Below, piece after piece: positions 1 to 12,819 of a stretch of DNA of 64,000 bases. The stretch covers positions 62,001-126,000 of the forward strand of contig JAXLNO010000104.1 of the NCBI GenBank assembly GCA_038087875.1, in the 5' to 3' direction. The translations under genes were made by a program, and so were the position numbers. Positions within the stretch are counted from its first letter, which is position 1; the number at the start of each line of letters is the position of its first letter. This stretch comes from Malacoraja senta. Its lineage: Eukaryota. The notes under the pieces were generated by a model, which saw only the letters and a program-made list of their open reading frames with translations, did no database searches and was not told the DNA's origin.

Positions 1-53
1 ACTGCCGGCAACTTGACAGTCGCCCGACAAATCGCCTAAGTGGGACAAGCCCA
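1..53. mobile_element. Right end of a PIF/Harbinger-type MITE (continues off-window)
   Basis: Ends GTGGGACAAGCCCA followed by TAA; same terminal motif as the complete MITE at 51801-52316. Confidence 0.6.
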
Positions 54-105
54 TAAGGTTCACGAAAGTCTCTTTAGTTTCATTTGGCTATTTTTAATTT
101 TTTAG

Positions 106-433
106 GAGTTAGTTGAAGATTTGAGCGTGGTTGAGATTGAAAATGAAAAGCTCAAGGACAAGCTTCTGGCTGAAAAACACGTAATGAGAACCAAGGTCCG
201 AAATCTGACGGAAAAGAACGAGGCAGATTTTAAAAATCTCAACAGAAAACACAGCACTCAGCTCCGTAAAATCAGTGAGAAACATGCTGAAGAAACATCA
301 CAGAAAGATCAGTGGTGTTTACATCTTACCAAAGATCTGCAACTTTTACGATCTCATGCCTGTGCACCTCTTGCAGAACAGGCAACTTGTTCTTTAAATT
401 ATTACACCAAACAGAAGATTGGAGAACTGGAAG
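106..433 (+). CDS. Golgin-like exon (ELVEDLSVVEIENEKLKDK...KIGELE)
   Basis: Acceptor AG 104-105 after a T-rich tract; donor GTAATT at 434; open coiled-coil frame; ends in phase 1. Confidence 0.8.
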
Positions 434-932
434 GTAATTACTCAAAGTTGACCTGTTAATATTTTTGGTCGGCCATAAATGTTCCTACCGCAGATTTGTA
501 CATCTGTCGTCACCTGCTGTGTAATTATCTCGTCTCTGTAACCTTATGAGATTTTGTGTATGCAAATTGGTTGTTGTAATTCCCATATTTTATCACTGAT
601 CACACTTAAAAATATACTTCATTGGTTGGTAAATGGGTTGATACGTTCAGTGATCAGGAAAAGTAGTGTGTAATCTAAGTTTTTTTCACTCAGGTATTCT
701 GGTCAGATTCCTTGATCAGAAGATAGTGATGTTTAAAGATTCAAGAAAAGAATTCTTTGTGAAGCATTTGTGAGAGTCTGCCAAATGGCTGACAGGAACA
801 CACAGTAGTCAATTGGACAGACTCGTACAGATGCTTTTCAAAACATTCTCTTCTTGAATCCTTTAAACTTCGCTATCACTGAATTTTAATTTTGAGAGGA
901 TGCTGATAGTTTAAACATTGACATTGTGAAGG

Positions 933-1222
933 GTGCCTGGTGGCGCAGCGGTGGAGTTGCTACCTTTCAGCGGCAGAGACCTGGGTTTGATCCTGACTGT
1001 GGTGCTTGTCTGTATGGAGTTTGTATGTTCTCCCTGTGACCCCGTGGGTCCAAGTGCTCCGGTTTTCTCACACTCCAAAGACGTACAGGTTTGTAGGTTA
1101 ATTGACTTGGGTTGATGGTAAATTATCCCTAGTGTGTGTAGGATAATGTGAGCGTGCGAGGATCATTGGTCAGCACATACACGTGGTCGAAGGGCCTGTT
1201 TCCACGCTGTATCTCTAAATAA
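933..1222 (+). mobile_element. tRNA-derived SINE (HE1/V-SINE type)
   Basis: A box TGGCGCAGCGG, B box GGTTTGATCC, core TGGAGTTTGTATGTTCTCCC, tail GAAGGGCCTGTTTCC...CTCTAAA. Confidence 0.85.
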
Positions 1223-1845
1223 AATCATTTGAAGACATTTTACCATTCACAATGCCCTTGCCGGAAATGGTACATCAAAGTATTTTAATTTCAAATAGCT
1301 TTTAATGAGAAGACCACAGAGCAACCAGGACATTTCATTAACTCCATGATTGTCTTCTCTCTGTGAGACTTGAGCTGTGTTTGCATGACAGTTTACGGAA
1401 GAGAGGGTGAAACCAGGGACAAGATACAATGATGGTGTAGACAGACTATTCAGCAGCAGAAGAGGATATTTAATTGGAGTAATTTAAAATAAAATAAGGG
1501 TTTTAATGGAGCCAGTGGAGAATGATCATTTTGTTTGTTTGGGATTAAGTAACTTTATACCTTTATTTCCAAAATGTTGCTGAGGAGACACATTTTCTGT
1601 GGAGCTTTATTCAAGCTTCAAATCTTTTCTCACTAGTGGAATTTATCATTGGATAAATATGTATATGGAATTACCATTTTGCCTTACAAATCTTCAAGCT
1701 TAATGAATTGTAGCATTTCAAGGATATTTTATGATTTCAAATGCTGGTAATTAGTAGAACAGATGATTTTCACTGATTGCCATTAACTGCGGTGGAAACA
1801 AATATCAGATCTTTACGGGTGTTTTTTCCTTTCTCTTTCTTAAAG

Positions 1846-1961
1846 AACAAGTGAGGCTTATGATGCTAGAGGCTGAAAAATCAGAGGCCAGGTTCATTAC
1901 AATGGAAGCTCAGTCCAAATCGCAAATCAAGCAGATTAAAGAGGAGCTGGAGAATGTACAG
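1846..1961 (+). CDS. Golgin-like exon (EQVRLMMLEAEK...EELENVQ)
   Basis: Polypyrimidine tract and AG at 1844-45; GT at 1962; phase 1 to 0 continues the frame. Confidence 0.8.
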
Positions 1962-2546
1962 GTACCCCAAATAAAAAACCATTGTGCCTGGTGACGATTA
2001 ACTGAATATTAATCTGTTTGCCATTTACCTAGAATTAAATGACTTTATCTTATAAAAAAAAAGGAAAATTGATGGTATGTTATTCCGTGAGTTGTTGAAG
2101 CATTGTGGGAACCATTTTTTTTTTTACAGTTAGTTATGTACATTATAGATTTTTAATCTGGGCTCAACTGTATGAAGGAGTGCTTGCCTACATTTCACTG
2201 CTCACTCCATTCCGTGTAGAACCCCTTTCTGAAGAGTAAGTGACATGGGATAGACGTGAGCCTGCAGGAAAATTCAATCATAAAATAGTTGTGGTAGAAT
2301 GTTGCTGTCGGCAATGGCACATTAAAAGTATAATGCATGCTAAAATTATTTAGAGAGTCATACTGTTCAGAAACAGGCCCTTTAGCCCAACTTGCCCACA
2401 CTGACCAACGAGCCCCATCTACACTAGTCTTACCTGTCTATAGAGTCATAAAGCAAAATATTTAATTTAGAATTTGAATGGTGACTATTTTACTGAACAG
2501 TAGAAATCCCTTGGCTATAATTGACACTAAACTTATTTCTACCCAG

Positions 2547-2664
2547 ATTGTACCTTCACGGCAGGAGATGTTGGAGCTCAAAGACATAGCGGTTGACTTG
2601 GAAGAGGAGAGCGAACAGTTACACCTGAAAGTGAACTGGCTACAACACGTCGAGGCACAAAATG
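2547..2664 (+). CDS. Golgin-like exon (IVPSRQEMLELKD...HVEAQN)
   Basis: AG at 2545-46 (alternative in-frame AG at 2563-64); GT at 2665; phase 0 to 1. Confidence 0.75.
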
Positions 2665-2692
2665 GTGTGTGTATGGTATGATTTTAATTGGG

Positions 2693-2984
2693 TAAGAAGG
2701 AACTGGGGATGCTGGTTTACACCGAAGATAGACACAAAATGCTGGAGTCAGCAGGCCAGGCAGCATCTCTGGAGAAAAGAATAGGTGATGTTTCGGATCA
2801 AGACCCTTCATCAGACTGAGAGTCAGGGAGGGGGAATTTAGAGGTATGGGGAGGTACTTAACAAAGCAGAGCCTGCATCGATGACTCGGGGAGGGTGGAG
2901 CTGACAATGGTCCATGGTTGGCTGGGGATGAGGTGATAATGAAGGAATACAAATGGTGAAATTAGCAAGAGGACTAGGGTGGTG

Positions 2985-3018
<34 letters not shown>

Positions 3019-3185
3019 ATGGAAGGGTTATTTGGTTAGAGATGCTTCATTCTCTTGTGTAAGAAGGAACTGCAGTTGCTGGTTTAAACCGAAGATAGAC
3101 ACACAAAGCTGGAATAAGTCAGCGGGACAGGCAGCATCTCTAGAGAGAAAGAATGGGTGACGTTTCGGGTCGTGACCCTTCTTCC
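2693..3185 (-). mobile_element. Penelope-derived repeat pieces with an internal (GA)n tract
   Basis: Two AGAAGGAACTG...GCAGCATCTCT units; reverse complement of 2788-2816 reads CTGATGAAGGGTCTTGATCCGAAACATC. Confidence 0.65.
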
Positions 3186-3223
3186 TTCTCATTATTTAAA
3201 TGGTGATACGTGTTTTCTTACAG

Positions 3224-3315
3224 AGGATCTTCAAGCAAAATTGGAAGAATATGAAGAGCAACAACAGAAAATGCAAGCAGATTTAGAACAAGCTACCAAG
3301 GGAGCAACTTCCCAG
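3224..3315 (+). CDS. Golgin-like exon (EDLQAKLEEYEEQQQKMQADLEQATKGATSQ)
   Basis: TTTTCTTACAG acceptor; GT at 3316; phase 1 to 0. Confidence 0.8.
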
Positions 3316-3689
3316 GTTGGGAGAATTTGTGCTGCATTTAATTCCTCCATGTACAATCTTAATTCCAAGTGTGCGCATTCTGCACAGATTCAACCGTCTC
3401 AAGTATCCTGCTAATTAATATTACATTGTCTTTTATGTTGCTTATTCAGATTATTTTTTAAATGGATCATTTAAGTAAGTTTTTATTTTGCTCTTTTCTA
3501 TTATCATCCTTACTTTTTGGATTGATGCTTGCATCTGAGGGGTGCTATTTGCTTCCACACCAGATGGTTTCTGTATGCATTACCACACACCTTGGACATG
3601 GAGAAAGTCTACTGAATTAGCTAGTGTGGTTGGGGAAGTTCCAGTCTTTTTAATCTAGTTTGGGTAATTTTACCTATTAATATTATACG

Positions 3690-6600
3690 GTCATAAGGAA
3701 TAGGAGTAGAATTAGGTCATTCGGCCCATCAAGTCTACCCCACCATTCAATCATGGCTGATCAATTACTCCCTCCTAACCCCATTCTCCTGCCTTCTCCT
3801 CTCACCTCTGATCATCCCCAATCAGTAGCCCGTTCCTGCCTTCTCCCTATATCCCCTGACTCCGCTATCTTTAAGAGCTCTTTCTAGCTCGCTCCTGAAA
3901 GTATCCAGGGAACCGGCCACCATCTCCTTCTGAGGCAGAGAATTCCACAGACTCACAACTCTCTGTGTGAAGAAGTGTTTCCACATCTCTGTTCTAAATG
4001 ACTTACCCCTTATTCTTAAAGTGTGGCCCCTGGTTCTGGACTCCCCCAACATCAGGAACATGTTTCCTGCCTCTAGTGTGTCCAAACCGTTAATAATCTT
4101 ATATGTTTCAATAAGATCTCCTCTCATCCTTCTAAACTCCAGAGTATACAACCTAGCTGCTCCATTCTCTCAGCATATGACTGTCCCGCCATCCCGGGAA
4201 TTAACCTTGTAAACCTACGCTGCACCCCCTCAATAGCAAGAATGGAGTTCCTCAAATTATGGGACCAAAGCTGTACACAGTTCTCCAGGTGTGGTCTCAC
4301 TAGGGCCCTATACAATTGCAGAAGGACCTCTTTGCTCCTATACTCAACTCCTCTTGTTGTGAAGGCAAACATGCCATTTGCTTTCTTCACTGCCTGCTGT
4401 ACGTGCATGCTTACTTTCATTGACTGATGAACAAGGACCCCCGGATCCCGTTGTACTTTACCTTTTCCCAACTTGACACCATTTAGATAATAATCTGCCT
4501 TCCTGTTTTTGCTACCAAAGTGGATAACCTCACATTTATTCACATTAAAATGCATCTGCCATGCATCTGCCCACTCCCCCAACCTGTCCAAGTCACCCTG
4601 CATTCGCATACCATCCTCCTTACAATTCACACTGCCACCCAGCTTTGTGTCATCTGCAAATTTGCTAATGTTACTTTGAATCCCTTCATCTAAATCATTG
4701 ATGTATATTGTAAATAGCTGCGCAGAGCCTTGCAGTACCCCACTAGCCACTGCCTGCCATTCTGAAAGCGACCCGCTAATCCCTACTCTTTGTTACCTGT
4801 CTGCCAACCAATTTTCTAGCCATGTCAGCACTCTAGACCCAATACCATGTGCCCTAATTTTGCCCACTAATCTCCTATCAAATTTTACCCTATCTAATGG
4901 TTTCTGAAAGTCCAGGTACACTACATCCACTGGCTCTTCCTTGTCCATTTTCCTAGTTACATCCTCAAAAAATTCCTGAAGATTAGTCAAGCATGATTTC
5001 CCCTTCGTAAATCCATGCTAACTTGGCCTAATCCTGTTACTGCTATCCAAATATGCTGCTATTTCATCATTTATAATTGACTCCAGCATCTTCTCCACCA
5101 TCAATGTCAGGTTAACTGGTCTATAATTCCCTGTTTTCTCTCTCCCGCCTTTCTTATAAATTGGGGTAACATTAGCTACACTCTAATCCACAGGAACTGA
5201 TCCTGAATCTATAGAACATTGAAAAATTAACACCAATGTGTCCACGAATTCTAGAACCACTTTCTTAAGTACATAGAAACATAGAAATTAAGTGCAGGAG
5301 TAGGCCATTCGGCCCTTCGAGCCTGCACCGCCATTCAATATGATCATGGCTGATCATCCAACTCAGTATCCCGTACCTGCCTTCTCTCCATACCCTCTGA
5401 TCCCTTTAGCCACAAGGGCCACATCTAACTCCCTCTTAAATATAGCCAATGAACTGGCCTCGACTACCCTCGGTGGCAGAGAGTTCCAGAGATTCCACTC
5501 TCTGTGTGAAAAAAGTTCTTCTCATCTCGGTTTTAAAGGATTTCCCCCTTATCCTTAAGCTGTGACCCCTTGTCCTAGACTTTCCCAACATCGGGAGCAA
5601 TGTTCCTGCATCTAGCCTGTCCAACCCCTTAAGAATTTTGTAAGTTTCTATAAGATCCCCTCTCAATCTCCTAAATTCTAGAGAGTATAAACCAAGTCTA
5701 TCCAGTCTTTCTTCATAAGACAGTCCTGACATCCCAGGAATCAGTCTGGTGAACCTTCTCTGCACTCCCTCTATGGCAATAATGTCCTTCATCAGATTTG
5801 GAGACCAAAACTGTACGCAATACTCCAGGTGTGGTCTCACCAAGACCCTGTACAACTGCAGTAGAACCTCCCTGCTCCTATACTCAAATCCTTTTGCTAT
5901 GAAAGCTAACATACCATTCGATTTCTTCACTGCCTGCTGCACCTGCATGCCTACTTTCAATGACTGGTGTACCATGACACCCAGGTCTCGCTGCATCTCC
6001 CCTTTTCCTAGTCGGCCACCATTTAGATAATAGTCTGCTTTCCTGTTTTTGCCACCAAAATGGATAACCTCACATTTATCCACATTATACTGCATCTGCC
6101 AAACATTTGCCCACTCACCCAGCCTATCCAAGTCACCTTGCAGTCTCCTAGCATCCTCCTCACAGCTAACACTGCACCCCAGCTTAGTGTCATCCGCAAA
6201 CTTGGAGATATTGCCTTCAATTCCCTCATCCAGTTCATTAATATATATTGTAAATAGCTGGGGTCCCAGCACTGAGCCTTGCGGTACCCCACTATTTACT
6301 GCCTGCCATTGTGAAAAGGACCCGTTTACTCCTACTCTTTGCTTCCTGTTTGCCAGCCAGTTCTCTATCCACATCAATACTGAACCCCCAATGCCATGTG
6401 CTTTAAGTTTGTATACTAATCTCTTATGTGGGACCTTGTCGAAAGCCTTCTGGAAGTCCAGATACACCACATCCACTGGTTCTCCCCTATCCACGCTACT
6501 AGTTACATCCTCGAAAAATTCTATAAGATTCGTCAGACATGATTTACCTTTCGTAAATCCATGCTGACTTTGTCCAATAATTTCACCACTTTCCAAATGT

Positions 6601-7400
6601 GCTGCTATCCCATCTTTAATAACTGACTCTAGCAGTTTCCCCACTACCGATGTTAGACTAACTGGTCTGTAATTCCCCGTTTTCTCTCTCCCTCCCTTCT
6701 TAAAAAGTGGGGTTACGTTTGCTACCCGCAAATCCTCAGGAACTACTCCAGAATCTAAAGAGTTTTGAAAGATTATTACTAATGCATCCACTATTTCTGG
6801 AGCTACTTCCTTAAGTACTCTAGGATGCAGCCTTTCTGGCCCTGGGGATTTATCGGGCTTTAATCCATTCAATTTACCCAACACCACTTCCCGACTAACC
6901 TGGATTTCACTCAATTCCTCCAACTCCTTTGACCCGCGGTCCCCTGCTATTTCCGGCAGATTATTTATGTCTTCCTTAGTGAAGACGGAACCAAAGTAGT
7001 TATTCAATTGGTCCGCCATATCCTTGTTCCCCATGATGAACTCACCTGTTTCTGACTGCAAGGGACCTACATTTGTTTTAACTAATCTCTTTCTTTTCAC
7101 ATATCTATAAAAACTTTTGCAGTCAGTTTTTATTTTCCCTGCCAGTTTTCTTTCATAATCTATTTTTCCTTTCCTAATTAAGCCCTTTGTCCTCCTCTGC
7201 TGGTCTCTGAATGTACCCTGGGATGCAGACCATCAGGCCCTGGGGATTGATCAGCCTTCAGTCCCATCAGTCTACCCAACACCATTTCCAGCCTAATGTG
7301 GATTTCCTTCAGTGCCTCTGTCACCCCAGATCCTCTGGCCACTAGTACATCAGGAAGATTGTTTGTGTCCTCCTCGGTGAAGACGGATCCAAAATACTTG
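3690..7400 (-). mobile_element. 5'-truncated, degraded CR1 LINE split by a younger CR1
   Basis: RT fragments (YLDFQK, SKFADDTKLGG, RPHLENCVQLW); host sequence CTTAAGTAC|CCTGGGATG resumes at 7213. Confidence 0.9.
5273..7212 (-). mobile_element. Young 5'-truncated CR1 LINE with a 554-aa open RT frame
   Basis: ORF 5436-7100 with [27 protein letters not shown]; (TTTCTATG)n tail; GTAC repeated at 5269-72 and 7213-16. Confidence 0.95.
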
Positions 7401-8073
7401 ACATTTCTCCTCTGAGGGTTGAGAATCTTTTGAATTCTTTACCCTCCAGAGCTGTGGGTGGACAACTATTCAGTATATTCAAGGGTTAGCCAGCTAAACT
7501 TTTACTCTGCAGGAAAATTGAGGGTTATGGGGATTAGGTAAATGTTTAGATCAAAGATCTAATCAGCCATGATCACTTGATAGAACGAATAAGGCTCAAG
7601 GGCTGATTTTATGTAATAAAAGTTTCCAATTATCCAATTCTACAAATTGCAATTCCAATGACATGTAACAATATGTCTTGAAGGTGTACATTAAAAGGAA
7701 CAAGTCAGTGCTTCATTGCCCAATGGTTGATTTATCTTAAAGACAATTAAAATAAATGTACTTATATCTGAAAATCACTGAAATCATCAAATCATTTCCT
7801 GCAGAGAATAAAAAAGGGTAAACTTTTACAAACTATATTTTTTCACCATGAAATTCACTTTTTAATGCTGATCACACCTCTGGTCATCTTGCTGAATAAC
7901 TCTAAACTACAAATCAGCTTGCTATTTTGTGAATCAAATATATCCGGGAGGCAAACATACAGAATCATTACTCTTGTATCATGTCTCAGTGCTTCTGTTT
8001 CTTATGGCATCAAGCATCTAATTGGCCAGTTAGATGAGTGGATGATGTTGCTTTGTGTGTAATGTGTCTGTAG

Positions 8074-8218
8074 ACAAATGAATCTGAATCTGCAGAGGAA
8101 CTGCACAGCTGCCTGATGAAGTGGCGAGAAATGGTTTATAAGCCAACACCGAGCCATGACAACGATGAGAGGACTGTCATGGAATTAAGAATGAGGCAAC
8201 TTGAGGAAGAAAGAGAAG
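8074..8218 (+). CDS. Golgin-like exon (TNESESAEELHSCLMKWREMV...MRQLEEERE)
   Basis: TAG acceptor 8071-73; GTAAAT at 8219; phase 0 to 1. Confidence 0.8.
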
Positions 8219-8888
8219 GTAAATTGTGGTACTCTCTGGTTCTCACTTGGAACAAATCATGCAGTTTACTTTGTTTTAATTTAAAATATTTAAGAAGTGA
8301 ATGACTTGATTAGTGATCTTGATGACTTGAAAGTCGAGTGCACCTCTATTTAGGGATCTGTTTGTTGTCCATATTTCAGTCGAGACAAAGGCTACTGTCG
8401 ACTTTTTAAAGCTGGAATTCTAACGTTTTTACTTTCAGCATCAAAATCCATGCTGACAATAATTTTGTCCAGCTTTATTTACATTGGTAATTACAAAGGT
8501 AGAACACTTACCTTTTTGTCCAAATGGTCACTACACAGGCTTCACTCAGTTTATTCATGGATTTGCAGGTTCTCCTGAAGAAATACTGAAATAATATCAA
8601 TACGTAAATCAGTATTGGTATTAGTTGTCTCTGGAATACCAGTGATGTAAATTTAGCTTTGTTACTGCAAGCTTTTAAAATTTAAAGCCAGCCAGCCAGC
8701 TGCAAGGTGTTTTAGCCCAGTCAGAAACTAGCACCTTAACTTGGGGAAGCCACAAGGTAGTGATGGTCACTAGGGTCCAATCAGTCTATATTGTGTCTGT
8801 GTCCATGCTGTCTTTCTGAATGACGTGTCATCTGGTGGCACAAAACTGATTGAGGATAACTGGTTCTTTCCTGGCGGCTCTGATCCAG

Positions 8889-8995
8889 ATTTGATCTCAG
8901 AAGTGCAGGAGCTGGAGGAGGAACTGGGGGAACTTCAGAGACGAGGAGAGGATCAAGGATGGACAAAGCAGACCACAGCTGGCCAAAAGCTTATG
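8889..8995 (+). CDS. Golgin-like exon (DLISEVQELEEELGELQRR...QKLM)
   Basis: CCAG acceptor; GTATGT at 8996; phase 1 to 0. Confidence 0.75.
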
Positions 8996-9147
8996 GTATG
9001 TGCTCAGTTTGACACTTTCAGTTTAATCTTTGATTTTAAATATCTGTGGAAATTTAATGCTTGAGTTCACTCGACATTTTACGCTGCTATTAATTTTAAG
9101 CTTTGCCAAGGTTGAATAAAATAGTTTTCTGTTTGGATGGGGGGGGG

Positions 9148-9446
9148 GAGCACAGTGCCACAGTGGTAGAGTTGCTGCCTTACAGCACCAGACACCCGGG
9201 TTCGATCCTGACTACTGGTGCTGTCTGTACCGAGTTTGTACGCTCTCCCCGTGACCACGTGGGTTTTCTCCGAGTGCTACTGTTTCCTCCAACACTCCAA
9301 AGGCGTACAGGTTTGCAGGTTAATTGGCTTGGGTAAAAATTGTAAATTGTCCCTAGTGTGCAGGATAGTGTCCAGGGTGATCGCTGGTCGGCCTGGACTC
9401 ATTGGGCCGAAGGGCCTGTTTCCCTGCTGCATCTCAAAAATCTAAA
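9148..9446 (+). mobile_element. HE1/V-SINE-type SINE
   Basis: B box GGTTCGATCC, V-core and GAAGGGCCTGTTTCC tail. Confidence 0.85.
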
Positions 9447-10119
9447 GCCTTCAGTAGTTTTGAGAAGGTAAATATATACTGAGATTTGCTAAACTGAAAA
9501 AGCCTTCAACTCAATTTTCATGCCATTATAAGATGGACTGAGATGGATGGCCTCATACAAGGAGAAAGCATTATATCAGGCACATGTTCAATTTCTAATA
9601 TTAAAAGTAAAATGACATCAATAGAGACAGAAGTATACTTTTGGAAATCACTGACAAATTTGGAAAGTACAGCAATATTTGTCATTTTACTGAATTTACC
9701 CCTTTATATGTAAACATTTGAACTGTTCAAATTAAAGATCAGTTTTGGACATGATGGGCAAAATGATGGCTTCTGAGGTTGTGACAACCTGATCAATTTT
9801 AACTCCCATTTTTCATGTTTGGTGTTAATAGTCATTGGGTTCCATCCAGTGTGCACAGTATCTCTGTCTCTGTTACTGCCGATAATTTACGGATCTGTAT
9901 TTTTCAAGGGAAGTATTTAAAATACATCAAAGCAAATGAGTAGAGCATTCGTGAATTCATTTTAGCTTGATACCAAGTAACTACATATGGGAAATTTAAA
10001 GGGTTGATAATACAGCAACTTTGTTGTTCTGTGGTACAACTTATTGTGAATTCATGTGCAAGGAAGTAAACGTTTCTATTATTATTTAGGATACTATTAT
10101 TTATGAGGGAATAAAACTT

Positions 10120-10326
10120 TTAAGTCACAAACAGAAGAACATTCTCATGTTTTATACCTTTTGGCCAAAGTACAGCAAGTGAAGATGTAAACAACTGAGC
10201 AATAGTTGAGCTGTTTGACTTCTCCAATACTTCCGATGTCAACAAATACTCCTTTGATGGTTGATGTGCCTCCAGTGTACCGATGACCACATTGGCAACA
10301 TATCTCCCCACAGCATTGGTTGTCAT
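10120..10326 (-). mobile_element. hAT-like (CGGBP1-related) transposase fragment
   Basis: TTNAVGRYVANVVIGTL...EVLEKSNSSTIAQLF...LWPKGIKHENVLLFVT matches the recalled DETTD..GRYVANVIIG...VLLFLSDAA pattern. Confidence 0.65.
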
Positions 10327-10607
10327 TTGGGTAGTCTACACCCCAGCGGTATCAACATTCTCTAATTTTATATAGCCCTTGTTTTCTCCCTCCTCCCCAT
10401 CCCCCTCCTCAGTTCTCCTTCTAGTCCCACTGTCTCCGCCTCTTCCTTTCTTTTTACCGCCCCCCCTCCACATCAGTCTGAAGAAGGGTCTCGACCCGAA
10501 ACGTCGCCTATAGATGCTTTCCTCCGTAGATGCTGCCTCACCCGCTGAGTTTCTCCAGCATTTTTTGTCTACTTCGATTTTTCCAGCATCTGCAGTTCTT
10601 TCTTAAA
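10327..10607 (+). mobile_element. Penelope-like element 3' fragment (ORF C-terminus plus terminal repeat)
   Basis: LGSLHPSGINI resembles the Penelope ORF C-terminus; hammerhead core at 10478-10505; CCAGCATCTGCAGTTC end. Confidence 0.75.
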
Positions 10608-10763
10608 TAGATCTTGGAGAAGGCTGAACCAGCGGGCAGCGGCACGAACAAATGAATGACCAACTGTGGAGCCCCCGGTTTCGCCCCGGTGGTGGAAGTT
10701 TTCTTGTAAGTTATACTATGTTAACACGTTAATAATAAAATTAATATAAACGTGTTAACATAG

Positions 10764-12520
10764 AAAAGGTCTGCTAGAGGTCATGACTTGCAGGGCCAAC
10801 TTGAACAGAAAACTGATAGAGTTGTGTTGTTGCAGAAACAAATGCACTGAATATTGATAAAGAAAGTCTTCAGAATGAGAATAAAGAACTTCACACATCT
10901 TTGTGGACTGCTGAGCGCAGTCAACTGCAGGGGAAGGTGAATGAGAATGAACTCGCAACACATCTTGTGCGGGATCAGGCACAGGCATTCAACACTGAAA
11001 ATTGTAGGCTTAAAGCAGAACTTGAAGAGATGAAGTCTGCATTTCAAAGTAAAGTTGGTGAATTTAAAGTTGGTGATGTCATTGAATCAGCAAGCAAATT
11101 TACTGCAACAGCTCCAAGCCAAAACTTGAGCAGTTGGGCCAATATATGCAGATGATTTCAGGGTTGCAACATCAGGAGCAAGTTCTGGTGTGTGCAGGTG
11201 GTCAGCTTAAGCAGACTCTGCAAGAAAAAGATAAATCCCTGCAACAGCAGGGAGATGAGCTTGGACATCTCCAGAGGAAAGCTGCAGAACACCAAGCCCT
11301 GGAAATGCAATCCATGCAAAACATGGAAACCATGACCATACTTCAAAGTCAAATCCAAGACGACCTTGAAAACTCACAAACTGAAGCACACCATCGAGGA
11401 GAGAAACTTTCTACTGGTCTGTAAAGTGGAAGATTGTGTCAAACTCAGGACGGTTCATTCTGAAATGGACGACACCGTTTCACAACTTAGAGCACAATTG
11501 GCAGCTGCCAGTTCTGAAGCTGAGAGGTTGAAATGTGTTATTAAGGAAAAGGAATTGTCTTTCTCAAATAAAGGGGCACACAGCAGCTTGCAAAGAGGAG
11601 GAGAGGCAGAGGCTTCTCTCCGAAGCTGATCGTATATCCACAGAGATACAGAACTTAAACGTTGCCTGTGGACATCCTAACTCATGAGAAGCAACAATAT
11701 TCTCAACAGTTGGATTCACTGAAAAACTCCCAGATGGCAGAGTTGTCAGTGGAAGACAAAGCACGATGAATTAAAGCACAAATATGAATCCCTTTTGCAA
11801 TCCTACTAAAATATCAGCAATGAGATGGATAAGACGAGGCAAATAGTTGAGACGGCAAGAAAAGAGAAACAGGAGGTGATGTTCAAGCTCCGCGATATAG
11901 AAGCCAAACGACAAAACATGGAGAGGCAGCTTGAGGAAGCTGGTGCCGAAAATGAATAAAATAAAGGCCAAATGAGAAAGTTTACAAAATCCAAGCAGCA
12001 GCGAGTTCAGGCGCTTGAGGAAGAGATTGAAAGAATTAGCAGCGAGTTACAAACTACTACCGCAACGCAGAGTCATGCAAGCGAATTGTCTACCCAGTAC
12101 AATCAGCTCCAGGAGGAAAGCAAATCACTGAAGCAAACTTATCATGATCTTAAAGCAGAGTTTGACAAAACACAAAAGAGGGGGAGCTTCTGCTGAATGA
12201 ATTTAATTCATCCATATCCATCATAGAGGAGTTGCAGAGTGAGGATGATTCTTATCAGGCTGATTTTAATGAACCACTGTCATTAGAATCCCAATCCCTG
12301 GAGGACCAGCCTCTGCTGAAGGAAGGAAAGGTTCACACGACAGGGCAAGTAGGACCATTGTTGTCTCAGAAGCTTAGACAATTAGAGTGCGCCGGACTCC
12401 CGAGACACATGAAAAAAACAATATAATTTCATAGCTTGAACAAGAAATTAAAAGCTTGCCGGCAGGAGACTATGAATTTAAATGAAAAAGTCAACATTTT
12501 ATCCGTCCTCCTGCAAGAAT
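10764..12520 (+). pseudogene. Large coiled-coil exon of the golgin-like gene, multiply disrupted
   Basis: Acceptor TAG 10761-63; in-frame TGA at 10848-50; E/K/Q/L-rich coding continues in shifting frames (10901, 11134, 11366, 11972, 12232). 3' boundary approximate. Confidence 0.75.
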
Positions 12521-12819
12521 GAATTGGCTGAGCTAAGGTTTGGTTCTACTTGGACTGGGATATCAATTGCATTTCTATTGTGCCATACGATCAAATGGGA
12601 ATATCCCTTGATGCTTTGGCCAGCTAACTACGTTTGAAGTGTTGATGATGGTAGCAAACACGGCAGTCTATTTTCATAGGGTGGTGTCGTAGAGCCACAA
12701 ATGATTCAACTCCTCGCCGAAGGAGAATCCGTCTGATTAAAGGAGGAGGACATTCAGTTTCGAATGGCTGGACAGCTTCCTTTAGTTTGTTTTAGATTAG
12801 TTTAGTTTAGATAGAATTG

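Noticed and set aside
933..1010. tRNA gene
   Set aside because: The A/B boxes belong to a multicopy SINE head; no full cloverleaf.
5749..6567. + strand ORFs
   Set aside because: Antisense to CR1 ORF2.
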